Of a stretch of 64,000 nucleotides of DNA, positions 63,712 through 64,000 are shown piece by piece. The stretch spans positions 6,900 through 70,899 of the forward strand of contig CANLOU010000007.1 in assembly GCA_947492995.1 (NCBI GenBank). The letters run 5' to 3'. Position 1 is the stretch's first letter. Each line of letters begins with the position of its first letter. A program made the position numbers and the translations under genes. The notes under the pieces were generated by a model. That model made no database searches. It had not been told where the DNA came from and saw only the letters and a program-made list of their open reading frames with translations. The DNA is from an uncultured Litoreibacter sp. Its GTDB lineage: Bacteria; Pseudomonadota; Alphaproteobacteria; Rhodobacterales; Rhodobacteraceae.

Positions 63712-63939
63712 CTAAACACCGCAGCAGGACTTGCCTTCTTGGATTGGTGGACATGGAACCGTTGCGTAAGAACAGTAGACGCAGCAATCCCCCTCTAGCG
63801 GTTTCAAGACGGTCTGACATGACTTGCATTCATAAAACCACTGGCAGGCATCGGTCGGCATAGTCTCGGTTTCAACGTGCCCGCAAGATGGACAGGTGAG
63901 AGTCGATTGCAGCACTACTTTTGCGTCTTCTGTCGCCAT
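63712..63939 (-). CDS. GDCCVxC domain metal-binding protein
   Basis: 75 aa. CPSCGH...C..FYECKSC...LKPLEGDCCVYCSY contains the eponymous GDCCVxC motif. Confidence 0.7.
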   Translation of the reverse strand: MATEDAKVVLQSTLTCPSCGHVETETMPTDACQWFYECKSCQTVLKPLEGDCCVYCSYATVPCPPIQEGKSCCGV

Positions 63940-64000
63940 ATCGCGTACCCCGTGAGTATGAGAAATCCTGCCAATATCGGCAGCAAGACAGCATCGCTGT
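63915..64000 (-). CDS. C-terminal fragment of a membrane protein (gene continues beyond the right edge)
   Basis: A minus-strand frame entering from the window edge reads ...SDAVLLPILAGFLILTGYAIWRQKTQK and stops at TAG 63917-63915. It overlaps the GDCCVxC start by 25 nt. Confidence 0.3.
   Translation of the reverse strand, partial: SDAVLLPILAGFLILTGYAIWRQKTQK

Noticed and set aside
1-64000. Search by eye for CRISPR arrays, rRNA/tRNA genes, intact IS elements or transposase genes
   Set aside because: I saw no regularly spaced direct repeats, no transposase-like ORF and no tRNA cloverleaf. This is a visual scan, not a computational one, so short or degenerate elements could have been missed.

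Overview
The window reads as one contiguous piece of a large repABC-type conjugative plasmid, probably alphaproteobacterial. That host call is inferred from gene content only, since no database search was possible.

Layout from left to right:
1. 1-2.5 kb: a partial TerB_N membrane-protein gene and a Fic gene.
2. 3.3-6.8 kb: repA-repB-repC. Two identical 16-bp parS-like palindromes bracket most of repC.
3. 7.3-25.8 kb: about 18.5 kb of uniformly plus-strand genes. These are ArdC, DUF3768-like, a ParB-like nuclease-domain protein, a 1421-aa methyltransferase/helicase, a double DUF736, DUF2493, a membrane SNase and several unknowns. I interpret this block as the conjugative leading / anti-defence region. 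It is interrupted by an AT-richer insertion of about 4 kb that encodes a single 1200-aa YobI/KAP-type membrane-inserted P-loop NTPase.
4. 25.9-30.8 kb: candidate oriT, mobC, relaxase and the VirD4-type coupling protein.
5. 31-42 kb: cargo. It includes a GNAT, two DUF1127 genes, LysR, a CMD-family protein, LysE, a small tyrosine integrase, BLUF, a 2OG oxygenase, a Cys-rich repeat protein, and a DUF1611 + PLP-racemase pair.
6. 42.3-54.2 kb: a virB-type T4SS on the minus strand with atypical gene order. It contains a hidden 55-aa lipoprotein gene and a VirB5 paralog carrying a lytic transglycosylase domain.
7. 54.7 kb: an XRE regulator.
8. 55.9-64 kb: a copper/metal homeostasis island (CsoR, CopCD, cytochrome c, DUF411, Crp/Fnr, CDF + MerR, GDCCVxC).

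I found no rRNA, tRNA, CRISPR array or intact IS by eye.

The most interesting items:
- The YobI/KAP NTPase island sitting inside the putative leading region.
- The unannotated leading-region genes.
- A 16-bp box shared by the mobC and virB promoters, which links to the XRE operator.
- The T4SS peculiarities.

All family names come from motif recognition by eye and need HMM or BLAST confirmation.
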